Shown: positions 46,131-53,331 of the stretch, one piece after another
Layout of the letters: the number at the start of each line of letters is the position of its first letter
How positions within the stretch are numbered: the first letter of the stretch is position 1
Virus record (IMG/VR): IMGVR_UViG_3300037504_000230
Coordinates: 1-56,801 of that record
Source of the DNA: a virus
Lineage: Duplodnaviria; Caudoviricetes
DNA: 56,801 bases
Direction: 5' to 3' (one strand)
Notes under the pieces: model-generated
The model's database searches: none
Told to the model about the DNA's origin: nothing
What the model saw: the letters and a program-made list of their open reading frames with translations, nothing else
Position numbers and translations under genes: made by a program

Positions 46131-46379
46131 TTACCCAATAAGCGCCTCTTGCACCGTCAGATGTGCCTGCTCTTCACTAGAGGCTATGACAAAACCATTC
46201 CACACAGAGTAAGGTGAGCCGGGAAGATCATAAACGAGAGTGTTAAATTCCCTCATTTGGACTAAATCAGATTTAGTGGGATCCTCTTTAGCAATAAATG
46301 CCTCGATCCTATCTTCTAGCAACCGACTTACACTGAAATAGTACCACTTTAAATCATTAACTTTATGTTGGCATTGCAT
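46131..46379 (-). CDS. AT-rich cassette ORF, hypothetical
   Basis: Exactly bounded by the 79-bp repeats; AAGGAG RBS. Confidence 0.75.
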   Translation of the reverse strand: MQCQHKVNDLKWYYFSVSRLLEDRIEAFIAKEDPTKSDLVQMREFNTLVYDLPGSPYSVWNGFVIASSEEQAHLTVQEALIG

Positions 46380-46414
46380 CGTTCTCTCCTTCGGGCCTCC
46401 CGGCCCACTTTAAG

Positions 46415-46493
46415 TTTAACTCCCCTCCCGCTTTCCCCGGACTTGGGACCGGCCTCGGTGCGGTTAGAGTCGGCCCTTGCGGGCCAGGACTCT
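46415..46493. repeat. 79-bp structured direct repeat, copy 2
   Basis: Identical to 46052-46130. Confidence 0.95.
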
Positions 46494-46494
46494 C

Positions 46495-46722
46495 TTACCT
46501 TACAATAAATACCCCCTCTCGGAGTGTCTCTAAGTGCTCCCCTACCAGCAGGCTTTGTATAGACTCGGCTGCTTCCGCGTCACTCCTGCCGGAGACGTTC
46601 TTGATCACGTCACCAGCGCGCGGCCTCGTTTCCGCGTATTGTGGCGCTGGCGTTCTTACGTTAGCTCCCCGTGAAAATTTCCCCCATCCGCCACTATGCT
46701 CTCCTGCGTACTCCAGCTCCAT
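46495..46722 (-). CDS. Cassette ORF, hypothetical 75 aa
   Basis: GGGAGAGAACG-ATG leader shared with neighbours; MELEYAGE. Confidence 0.7.
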   Translation of the reverse strand: MELEYAGEHSGGWGKFSRGANVRTPAPQYAETRPRAGDVIKNVSGRSDAEAAESIQSLLVGEHLETLREGVFIVR

Positions 46723-46768
46723 CGTTCTCTCCCTTCGGGCCTCTGTGGCCCTGATTAGTTTTATCCTC

Positions 46769-46864
46769 AACTGTCTATAGTATACCACGCGCATGTATAA
46801 ATCACGTGTAAAAAACCTATCAAACATGTATAAAATAGCCGTTTCTTGTATAAGTTTTTATACA
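46769..46864. repeat. 96-bp AT-rich promoter/iteron repeat, copy 1
   Basis: Matches 47815-47910 (77-bp identical core); TATACT -10 on the minus strand; TGTATAA iterations. Confidence 0.9.
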
Positions 46865-46865
46865 C

Positions 46866-46879
46866 GTGACATCTGTCAC
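46866..46879. promoter_or_regulatory. Palindromic operator GTGACA-N2-TGTCAC
   Basis: gtgacatctgtcac; degenerate copies at ~47773, ~47796 and ~47935. Confidence 0.55.
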
Positions 46880-46892
46880 TTTGGGTCCCGGC

Positions 46893-47276
46893 CTATACCG
46901 GATACCCGTCGGAGCGGCGTTCTAGCCACTCCTCGACCTGCCCCCGCTCTGCCTCGATGCAGGTCGGGCACATGCATTGCCCAAGCTCTGTTGGCCTGAA
47001 CTCGGACCCACACCAGAGACATTCCCTAAGACTGTCCCGGTACACGCCCAGCGCAGCCTCCACGACGGCGCTCATAGTCGTGACCTCGGCCTCGGCCCGC
47101 TCCTCAACGAACGTGCGGGACGCCTGGCTTACGGTCACGTTAAGGTGGGCCTTGGTTTGCCGCCCGCGCGCCTCATTGTAGCACTCGCGGGAGCAGTAGA
47201 CACCCTTGCCGTCAGCGTGCTCTGACGGGTAGACATCGAACTCGACGCCGCAATTCTTGCACTTGACACTCTTCAT
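46893..47276 (-). CDS. Zn-finger plus RHH-like DNA-binding protein
   Basis: CKNCG...YCSREC; LNVTVS...TMSAVVEAAL; CLWCG..CPTC. Confidence 0.7.
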   Translation of the reverse strand: MKSVKCKNCGVEFDVYPSEHADGKGVYCSRECYNEARGRQTKAHLNVTVSQASRTFVEERAEAEVTTMSAVVEAALGVYRDSLRECLWCGSEFRPTELGQCMCPTCIEAERGQVEEWLERRSDGYPV

Positions 47277-47689
47277 TATACCCTCTTCCACATGAGGACG
47301 CCTAATGGCTCATCCCCATAGTAGCATTCATCTATCTCAAATCCCACCTTTTCCCAAAACCCGACCGCGTCGGATGCGGCCAGGAGCTTGAGCCACCATC
47401 CGTTCTCCTCGGCCAGATCGATGAACGCCCTGGCCATCTCCGTTCCGATCCCCTGGCGTCGGCTTTTGACAGCGGCATTTAGAATTTCCAAAACGCCGCC
47501 ATCTTCATCCAACTCCGCGGTAGCAATTGCTACCAGCTCGCCCGCTACGGTACGCTTCGTATATAGGTATACATCATACCATATACCTTTAACTGCATCG
47601 GCAGCCTTATCCTCAGCGTATCCCCAGTCACTACCGATCTCATTTTTTAAAGACTTAAACCTCTCTGGTTTATCAACCATTTTCAACAT
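47276..47689 (-). CDS. GNAT family acetyltransferase
   Basis: RRQGIGT motif A; AVGFWEKVGF motif B. Confidence 0.85.
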   Translation of the reverse strand: MLKMVDKPERFKSLKNEIGSDWGYAEDKAADAVKGIWYDVYLYTKRTVAGELVAIATAELDEDGGVLEILNAAVKSRRQGIGTEMARAFIDLAEENGWWLKLLAASDAVGFWEKVGFEIDECYYGDEPLGVLMWKRV

Positions 47690-47743
47690 CGTCGTTCTCT
47701 CCTTTGGACCTCCCGGCCCTGTGTTTTATTCTTAACTGTCTAT

Positions 47744-47772
47744 AGTATACCATACTATAGAAAATAGTCCAA
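47744..47772 (-). promoter_or_regulatory. Early promoter
   Basis: TTGGAC-17 bp-TATACT followed by the conserved ATAGACAGTT. Confidence 0.7.
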
Positions 47773-47814
47773 TGGACAAATGTCACTTAGTTCGTATTAC
47801 ATCTGTCACTCCCT

Positions 47815-47910
47815 AACTGTCTATATTATACATCGCGCATGTATAAATCACGTGTAAAAAACCTATCAAACATGTATAAAATAGCCGTTTCTTGTATAAG
47901 TTTTTATACA
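47815..47910. repeat. 96-bp AT-rich promoter/iteron repeat, copy 2
   Basis: Matches 46769-46864; the -10 here is TATAAT. Confidence 0.9.
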
Positions 47911-48014
47911 TCGGCTGTACAAGCCCTTATACACGTGACATCCCGCGTCGTTTTAGCGACATCCGACACGTGCGCAGGCGTGGCGGCCTATGCTATAATG
48001 AGGGAAACAGTGAC

Positions 48015-48043
48015 TTGACAGCGTTTATATATTGCTATATAAT
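48015..48043 (+). promoter_or_regulatory. Consensus sigma70 promoter of the divergent plus-strand unit
   Basis: Perfect TTGACA-17 bp-TATAAT. Confidence 0.85.
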
Positions 48044-48079
48044 GAATATATGGTAATATATAAGCGTGAGGGAGGGAGC

Positions 48080-48397
48080 TTGACAATAAATAGCATCGGT
48101 CCGGTATACCGGCGTGGCCAGGAGCACGCCGACGTATTCGCTGCCTACGGGCAGCAGCCGCGCGGGTCCCGCGGGACATGGGTCCTGGAGACGCTGGCCC
48201 TCGGTATGCGCGCCAACGCTAGCGTGCCCGACGCCCGACCGCAGCGTGACGCCAGCGAGACAAAACGCCTGGCCGCTGCCGTTGCCGACGAGCTAGAGGC
48301 ACGCGGGCTAGTTATGGCCGCTGACGGCGGGCAGGGCGAAACCTCTGGCGAGGGCGACGCGGCGGACGTATATGGAGGGATGTTCGATGAGCTCTGA
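48080..48397 (+). CDS. Small DNA-binding protein, possible ParR-like adaptor or repressor
   Basis: GGAGG RBS plus TTG; D.FA...QPRGSR..WVLETL RHH-like helix pair; flexible acidic tail ending MFDEL. Confidence 0.55.
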   Translation: MTINSIGPVYRRGQEHADVFAAYGQQPRGSRGTWVLETLALGMRANASVPDARPQRDASETKRLAAAVADELEARGLVMAADGGQGETSGEGDAADVYGGMFDEL

Positions 48398-48638
48398 GTA
48401 CTGGCGACGTAAGGCGCAGCTATTGGAATTCAGTCTGCGCCTGGCGATTGAGCAATATCTGGAATTGGAACGCCTGGCGCGCGCGGCGGCGGAGCGCATC
48501 TACGCCAACGGGTCTGGCTATGAGGAATTCGACGCGCTGTTGGACTATTTCGCACCGCTAACCGATAAAAGCGGGAGCGTCACAGGCGGTAAAAACGCCG
48601 GTTTAGATGAAAATGACACACACCGTTTTAACGGTTAG
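48387..48638 (+). CDS. Hypothetical protein
   Basis: GGAGG RBS; overlaps the upstream stop. Confidence 0.55.
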   Translation: MSSEYWRRKAQLLEFSLRLAIEQYLELERLARAAAERIYANGSGYEEFDALLDYFAPLTDKSGSVTGGKNAGLDENDTHRFNG

Positions 48639-48679
48639 CGGTTAGTGGGTATATTTTTAGCATAAAAGGAGGTGTATTT

Positions 48680-48874
48680 ATGTTTAGAGTACGCAAAGAC
48701 AATCGGAGAGAGGCGTTCGTAACAGTGCGTTTAACGCGCCAGGAGCGTGAGCGTCTAAACGAGGTAGCGCGTCAGGCAGGGTACAGCCTGAGCGACTTCA
48801 CCCGGCGCGCGTGGGCGATGTACGCAGAGCGTGTGCGGTCTAAAGGCAAGAGTGCGGAGGTTAACGAGCAATGA
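48680..48874 (+). CDS. Ribbon-helix-helix protein (MobC/NikA-like)
   Basis: VTVRLTRQERERLNEVARQAGYSLSDFTR; AAGGAGGT RBS. Confidence 0.8.
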   Translation: MFRVRKDNRREAFVTVRLTRQERERLNEVARQAGYSLSDFTRRAWAMYAERVRSKGKSAEVNEQ

Positions 48875-49188
48875 AAAGATCACTTGCAACACTCTGGGTC
48901 ATCGGCTTACTTATAATCGCCATCACCCTGTCCACGGCCTATGCATTCCGCAATACACCCGCCAGCGTCACGGCACGCGGGCAGGCGGCTATCGACTACG
49001 CGGCGGCGTCAGCTATCCGCTCCGACACGCTGATGTCGTGGGCGCTGGTAGCCGTGATGCTGCTGGCTATAGTTATAGTGCTGGTCGAGTTAGTCGGCGT
49101 AATCGTGGCCGTCGTGTGGCTGCTGCGTGGCCGCTGGCAACAGGACGAGCAGATACAGCGTAAGTCTACAGTCACGCGGGAGTCGTAA
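48871..49188 (+). CDS. Two-TM membrane protein
   Basis: Two long hydrophobic segments; ATGA coupling. Confidence 0.75.
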   Translation: MKRSLATLWVIGLLIIAITLSTAYAFRNTPASVTARGQAAIDYAAASAIRSDTLMSWALVAVMLLAIVIVLVELVGVIVAVVWLLRGRWQQDEQIQRKSTVTRES

Positions 49189-50609
49189 TGCTAGCGTCCC
49201 TCGACCCGCGCTATAAAGAGAAACGGCGACTCCTGCAAGAGTTGGCCGACTACCTCAACGGCGCTATGTCGTCTCGTGGCCCGTTCCGCGGCCGCACGCC
49301 GTTCCCGACCCTTGACGCCCTCCGTCCGCCGCGGACCGTGATCGGCCCGCGCGTGGGCGAACTGCGGGTTTACGTCGGCGCGCATGCAGAACGCCTGCAC
49401 CGCACCTTAACCAAGTCCGGCCTTGCTAACACGCGCGCCATTTTCTCAGAAGTGGGCGCGTGGGACCTAGAGGGCCGCGATCCGGAGGTGGTCTGGGACG
49501 GCGACGCCCTCGTGCTCCGCGCCACGTGGCCCGACGCGCTGCAATTCAACGACATCCCACTGCGGGTCGCTGGCCGCGTATCCGGCATGCACCCGTCGTC
49601 TGGTCGCGCGCTCATCGTGGGCCTTAGTCACACCGAGGTCGTCGCCGTGGCCCTAGATGACACCGCGCCACACGCACTCATCGGCGGCATCACAGGCTCC
49701 GGTAAGTCCTGGCTGCTCAACTCGATAGGCTACCAACTGAGTCAGGATCCACGCGCTCGGTTCGTACTTCTGGACGGCAAGGGTGGTCAGGGTATCGGTA
49801 ACCTCAATGGCCTACACGGCCAAGTCGGTCCGGTGGCCCGCACGGACGAGGCGCAACTTAACGCGCTATGCTGGACGCTGCGCGAGGTCAACCGGCGCAA
49901 TGAGGCCCTGGGCGATGCGGCGCTGGGTAACGGCGACGTTACGGACTTCGGTCCGATCTACGTCATTTACGACGAGTTCCAGGCGCTACTCAGTAGCAAC
50001 CGCGACGCCGCCGACATCGTGCGCGTGCTGGCGCAAGAGGCGCGCTCCGCGAACGTGCACCTCGTGTTTGCGACGCAACGTCCACGTGAGGATATGTGGG
50101 GCGGGACGGGCGCCAAGTTCCAATTCGACATCCGCATTGCATTGCAACTCGACGAGTACGGCAGTCGCATGGTCCTAGGTTCCGGGCACTCTATGAGCGC
50201 CACAGGCCTACTGGGCAGCGGTGACGCCATTGTCGCCGCAAACATCGAGAACTGCGCAACCCGCATCCGGCGCGTACAGTGCTGCTATGTACCGTCTGAG
50301 CAGATCCGCGAGCGCACGCGGGATGAGAACGGCAACCCACGCCACGAACTTAAGTTTACACGCTGGCCCGACTTCGATGCCGGACAGTTCCGCGAGGACG
50401 CACGCGGTGCGCGCGCGCAACCGTTCACGCGAGAGGAGTTGGCTGTCGCTGTGCATATCGCCTGCGAGGGCCACGGGTTCCCGACGGCAATGGATGATAT
50501 GGAGGCCGCCCTGGGTTATCGTATGGGCTCTGGGCGCTTCGAGAGACTGAAGGAGGCCGGTGCTGATATGCTGGCCGTGATGAGTAAATTAGAGGAGGAT
50601 AAATCATGA
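49188..50609 (+). CDS. FtsK/SpoIIIE family DNA translocase (TraB-like)
   Basis: PHALIGGITGSGKS Walker A, LLDGKG, VIYDEFQ Walker B, ARSANVHLVFATQRP, LLGSGD. Confidence 0.88.
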   Translation: MLASLDPRYKEKRRLLQELADYLNGAMSSRGPFRGRTPFPTLDALRPPRTVIGPRVGELRVYVGAHAERLHRTLTKSGLANTRAIFSEVGAWDLEGRDPEVVWDGDALVLRATWPDALQFNDIPLRVAGRVSGMHPSSGRALIVGLSHTEVVAVALDDTAPHALIGGITGSGKSWLLNSIGYQLSQDPRARFVLLDGKGGQGIGNLNGLHGQVGPVARTDEAQLNALCWTLREVNRRNEALGDAALGNGDVTDFGPIYVIYDEFQALLSSNRDAADIVRVLAQEARSANVHLVFATQRPREDMWGGTGAKFQFDIRIALQLDEYGSRMVLGSGHSMSATGLLGSGDAIVAANIENCATRIRRVQCCYVPSEQIRERTRDENGNPRHELKFTRWPDFDAGQFREDARGARAQPFTREELAVAVHIACEGHGFPTAMDDMEAALGYRMGSGRFERLKEAGADMLAVMSKLEEDKS

Positions 50610-51244
50610 GAGGGATATGGGGCCCTGGGCCTTACCAGTCCCAGTCGCGACAGACGGAGATCGGGCAAGTTATCGCGCAAGCCGCCGTCGCCGTGCTGAT
50701 GCTACTGGTCGCGGGCGCGCTAGCGTGGCTGCAAGCGCGTGTGTTAGGCATTGCGTTCGGGATGCTGCTGTTCGCAGCGGGCCTCGGTATCGCGGGCTGG
50801 CTCATTTATAGAGGCGGCGGCGGGAGCCCGCCCAACGCTATGGCTACTACTGCCGCTGTCGTGCTATTCATAGTCGGTTTGACGCTAGCGTTATGGCCGC
50901 CGCGCTCGCTCGGCACCTTGGCTGAAGGGCGATTATGGCTAGTGACCCCGCGGCCGTTAGCCGGGCTCGTGAAGGTCGCTAGTTTCGCCATGCCTTACAG
51001 TGCGGTGGCGTTGCTGAGCACGGTCAACCTCGCGGCTATCGGCATTTCGCTATTAACGGCGTTACGCCTCGTGGTCGAGGTCGTGTTCCCGAATTTGCTA
51101 AACAGCATCCGCGCGCTCGGCGGGCGGTTCACGGGCCTGGGTAAGTGGTGGCATGGTATACGCTATCCCAGCGACGCCGACGAAGAGGATGACGGTCCTG
51201 AGTCGGGCGGGATCCCGCGACGTGGGACGAATGTCGCGGGATGA
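50606..51244 (+). CDS. Multi-pass membrane protein
   Basis: About 4-5 hydrophobic helices; GGAGG RBS and ATGA coupling to the FtsK gene. Confidence 0.75.
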   Translation: MRGIWGPGPYQSQSRQTEIGQVIAQAAVAVLMLLVAGALAWLQARVLGIAFGMLLFAAGLGIAGWLIYRGGGGSPPNAMATTAAVVLFIVGLTLALWPPRSLGTLAEGRLWLVTPRPLAGLVKVASFAMPYSAVALLSTVNLAAIGISLLTALRLVVEVVFPNLLNSIRALGGRFTGLGKWWHGIRYPSDADEEDDGPESGGIPRRGTNVAG

Positions 51245-51399
51245 CGTGACGGTCGGCGAGTATTTAGAGGCATGCAACGGAGGTGATTCCGACTAACCTT
51301 GCACGACTGGCGGCCACGGCCAGCAACGATCCCTAGCCCGCAGTGGCGGCGGGTATTAGCGGCTTATGTAATGTAAGCTAGGCGAATAGCTTAAATTTT

Positions 51400-51431
51400 C
51401 CCGGCAGGCTATCTACACCTGCCGGGTTTTT
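51400..51431 (+). terminator. Intrinsic terminator at the convergence of the plus unit and the tail operon
   Basis: CCCGGCAGG-N9-CCTGCCGGG-TTTTT. Confidence 0.8.
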
Positions 51432-51433
51432 AC

Positions 51434-51958
51434 TTAGCTAATCGTCACGAACGACGAGGGCAATCCCAGTATGTCCGCGTCGCTCTTCAGCCTCACCACA
51501 TACGTGCCCGCACCCGGTGTGCTGTTATCCGCTAGCGGCCCGACTTCAGTAAACTCCTGGTCTCCGGCGTCCCACGAGAACAGCATAGCCGTGTAGGCGT
51601 CGCCCGGATCATCCACGCTCAGCGTACCGCTATCATTATTCACGCCCGGCCAGTCGGATCCGCCATAAGTCGGCATGGGCGGACGCCCCGCCGCCACCTG
51701 ATCTCTGATCTCAGGATCGTACATCCGCGCATCCGACGGGATCTCGCGCATTAACTCACTCAGCGCCTGCGGGCTAATCACAAATCCGAGACTGGCATAC
51801 GACTCGACCCGCAGCCACCCCGGCCAACTCGACCTGTCTAGCGCCTCCAGCACGCACCGCGAATCCTTCACCGTCACGCTCTTCAGCTCTGCACGCCAAG
51901 CGTTCAAGAGCCCCGCCGCGACCGCCTGTATAAGTTCCGTCCTCAGTTCCTCACTCAT
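51434..51958 (-). CDS. Hypothetical protein, last gene of the tail operon
   Basis: GAGGAG RBS; ATGA coupling. Confidence 0.65.
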   Translation of the reverse strand: MSEELRTELIQAVAAGLLNAWRAELKSVTVKDSRCVLEALDRSSWPGWLRVESYASLGFVISPQALSELMREIPSDARMYDPEIRDQVAAGRPPMPTYGGSDWPGVNNDSGTLSVDDPGDAYTAMLFSWDAGDQEFTEVGPLADNSTPGAGTYVVRLKSDADILGLPSSFVTIS

Positions 51959-53331
51959 AACTCCTCCTCAATGATAAGTTTCCCTTGGAATTTGATACTA
52001 AATACCCTCTTGCTTACCTCACCTCTTTCATATGCGCCGATGTCTGGCGCTGCGCTACGCTGCCGCCCCCGGATGTCATCGCGCGGCATGTGCGCCGAAT
52101 CCGCCATGCCTAATGCTGCGCTCGCAGGGCCCGGCCTACCGCACTCGGCTAGCGCAAGGAATGCCTCGCGTATTGTACTGTATCCTCCGGCAAATCCGTT
52201 GCCCAGCCAGCGCGGGACGGCAAGACTATCCGGGTCCGGCAATTGCGGATCGTCGATAACGCGGCTGGCGTCGTCACCCGCCTCTAGGAACGCGCTGTCG
52301 CTAGTCGGGAATGGCTGGCCGCTATTATAGAATAGATTATTATCAAAATGCACGGGACTAGCCTCTGACGACGCACAGCACGAGAAGTCGCCCATGTTAC
52401 CAATGGGGTCCGACCAGGTATTGCTACAGATTTCGATGTACTCGCTCGGCTGGTTATCGCCCACCTCGAATATTGAGAAACCAATCTCGCTGGCGTCCAG
52501 TGGCCCGACAACTGTATTGGCACGGATCGTAATATTACGGGATCCACGTACACAGAACGGCGACCGCATTCTGTGACTGCCACACCCTAGGAGTAGATTA
52601 TTCTCAATAATCACGCCGTCAGCCTCCCACTGCGCAATGCCATCCTCGCCGATTAAGATAAAATGCTTATGCGGTGCGCCTTGGTAGCTCATAAATATAT
52701 TGCGCCTAATTTTGATGTCGCGCGGTGGCCCGTCGTGTGGTCCTGAATTTTTAACGACAATAAATGAGTAGGCGTTCGGCGTCTCGCGTCCACTAGCCGC
52801 GTAGTCATTAAAGAAGACGTTGTCTTGGATAGTGACGTTCTCGCTGTTGTGGTTTACGTCGATGTGCTCATCGCTGGGCCCTTGATTATAGAAGATATTG
52901 CTCTCAATAACGATGCTCCGCTGGCCTCGCCCGCCTATTTTCACGAGGTCATTATTGCGCACATCGTGAATTATATTATTGCGCAGCGTGATATCGTTAC
53001 CGGATATGAATACACCAAATGGATTGTCTGAGTCGCCGCGTGTGATTTCGAATCCCTCGACAATGATGTTGCGCGCCTCAGTATATAGGCGCACCACGGC
53101 ATGCTCATAGTCCGTTTCAATCCGCGCGTGATAGGGATGCTCTGCTCTAAGGCGCAGCGGTGCGCTATATGCGCTATTAATCCATAGCGGATCACGGTAT
53201 ATCCCATCTCGCACAATGACAGTCCCGCCGTCCGGGACGAGCGCCTCTGCCGCGTGATCAATCGTTGCCCACGGTGCGTTTGCGCTACCGTCATTATTAT
53301 CATTGCCGTCAGTTGCTACGTAATACGTCAT
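51955..53331 (-). CDS. Right-handed beta-helix protein (putative tailspike/depolymerase)
   Basis: YYVATDGNDNNDGS..APWATI, GTVIVRDG.Y, repeated ITLRNNII rungs, PDIGAYE. Confidence 0.8.
   Translation of the reverse strand: MTYYVATDGNDNNDGSANAPWATIDHAAEALVPDGGTVIVRDGIYRDPLWINSAYSAPLRLRAEHPYHARIETDYEHAVVRLYTEARNIIVEGFEITRGDSDNPFGVFISGNDITLRNNIIHDVRNNDLVKIGGRGQRSIVIESNIFYNQGPSDEHIDVNHNSENVTIQDNVFFNDYAASGRETPNAYSFIVVKNSGPHDGPPRDIKIRRNIFMSYQGAPHKHFILIGEDGIAQWEADGVIIENNLLLGCGSHRMRSPFCVRGSRNITIRANTVVGPLDASEIGFSIFEVGDNQPSEYIEICSNTWSDPIGNMGDFSCCASSEASPVHFDNNLFYNSGQPFPTSDSAFLEAGDDASRVIDDPQLPDPDSLAVPRWLGNGFAGGYSTIREAFLALAECGRPGPASAALGMADSAHMPRDDIRGRQRSAAPDIGAYERGEVSKRVFSIKFQGKLIIEEEL

Noticed and set aside
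46052-46493. 79-bp repeats as a CRISPR array, tRNA or integron attC
   Set aside because: Only two copies, separated by a whole ORF; no cloverleaf; no Cas or integron integrase seen
49188-50609. FtsK-like ATPase as the genome packaging motor
   Set aside because: A canonical TerS/TerL/portal set exists and this gene is outside and opposite to the morphogenesis operon
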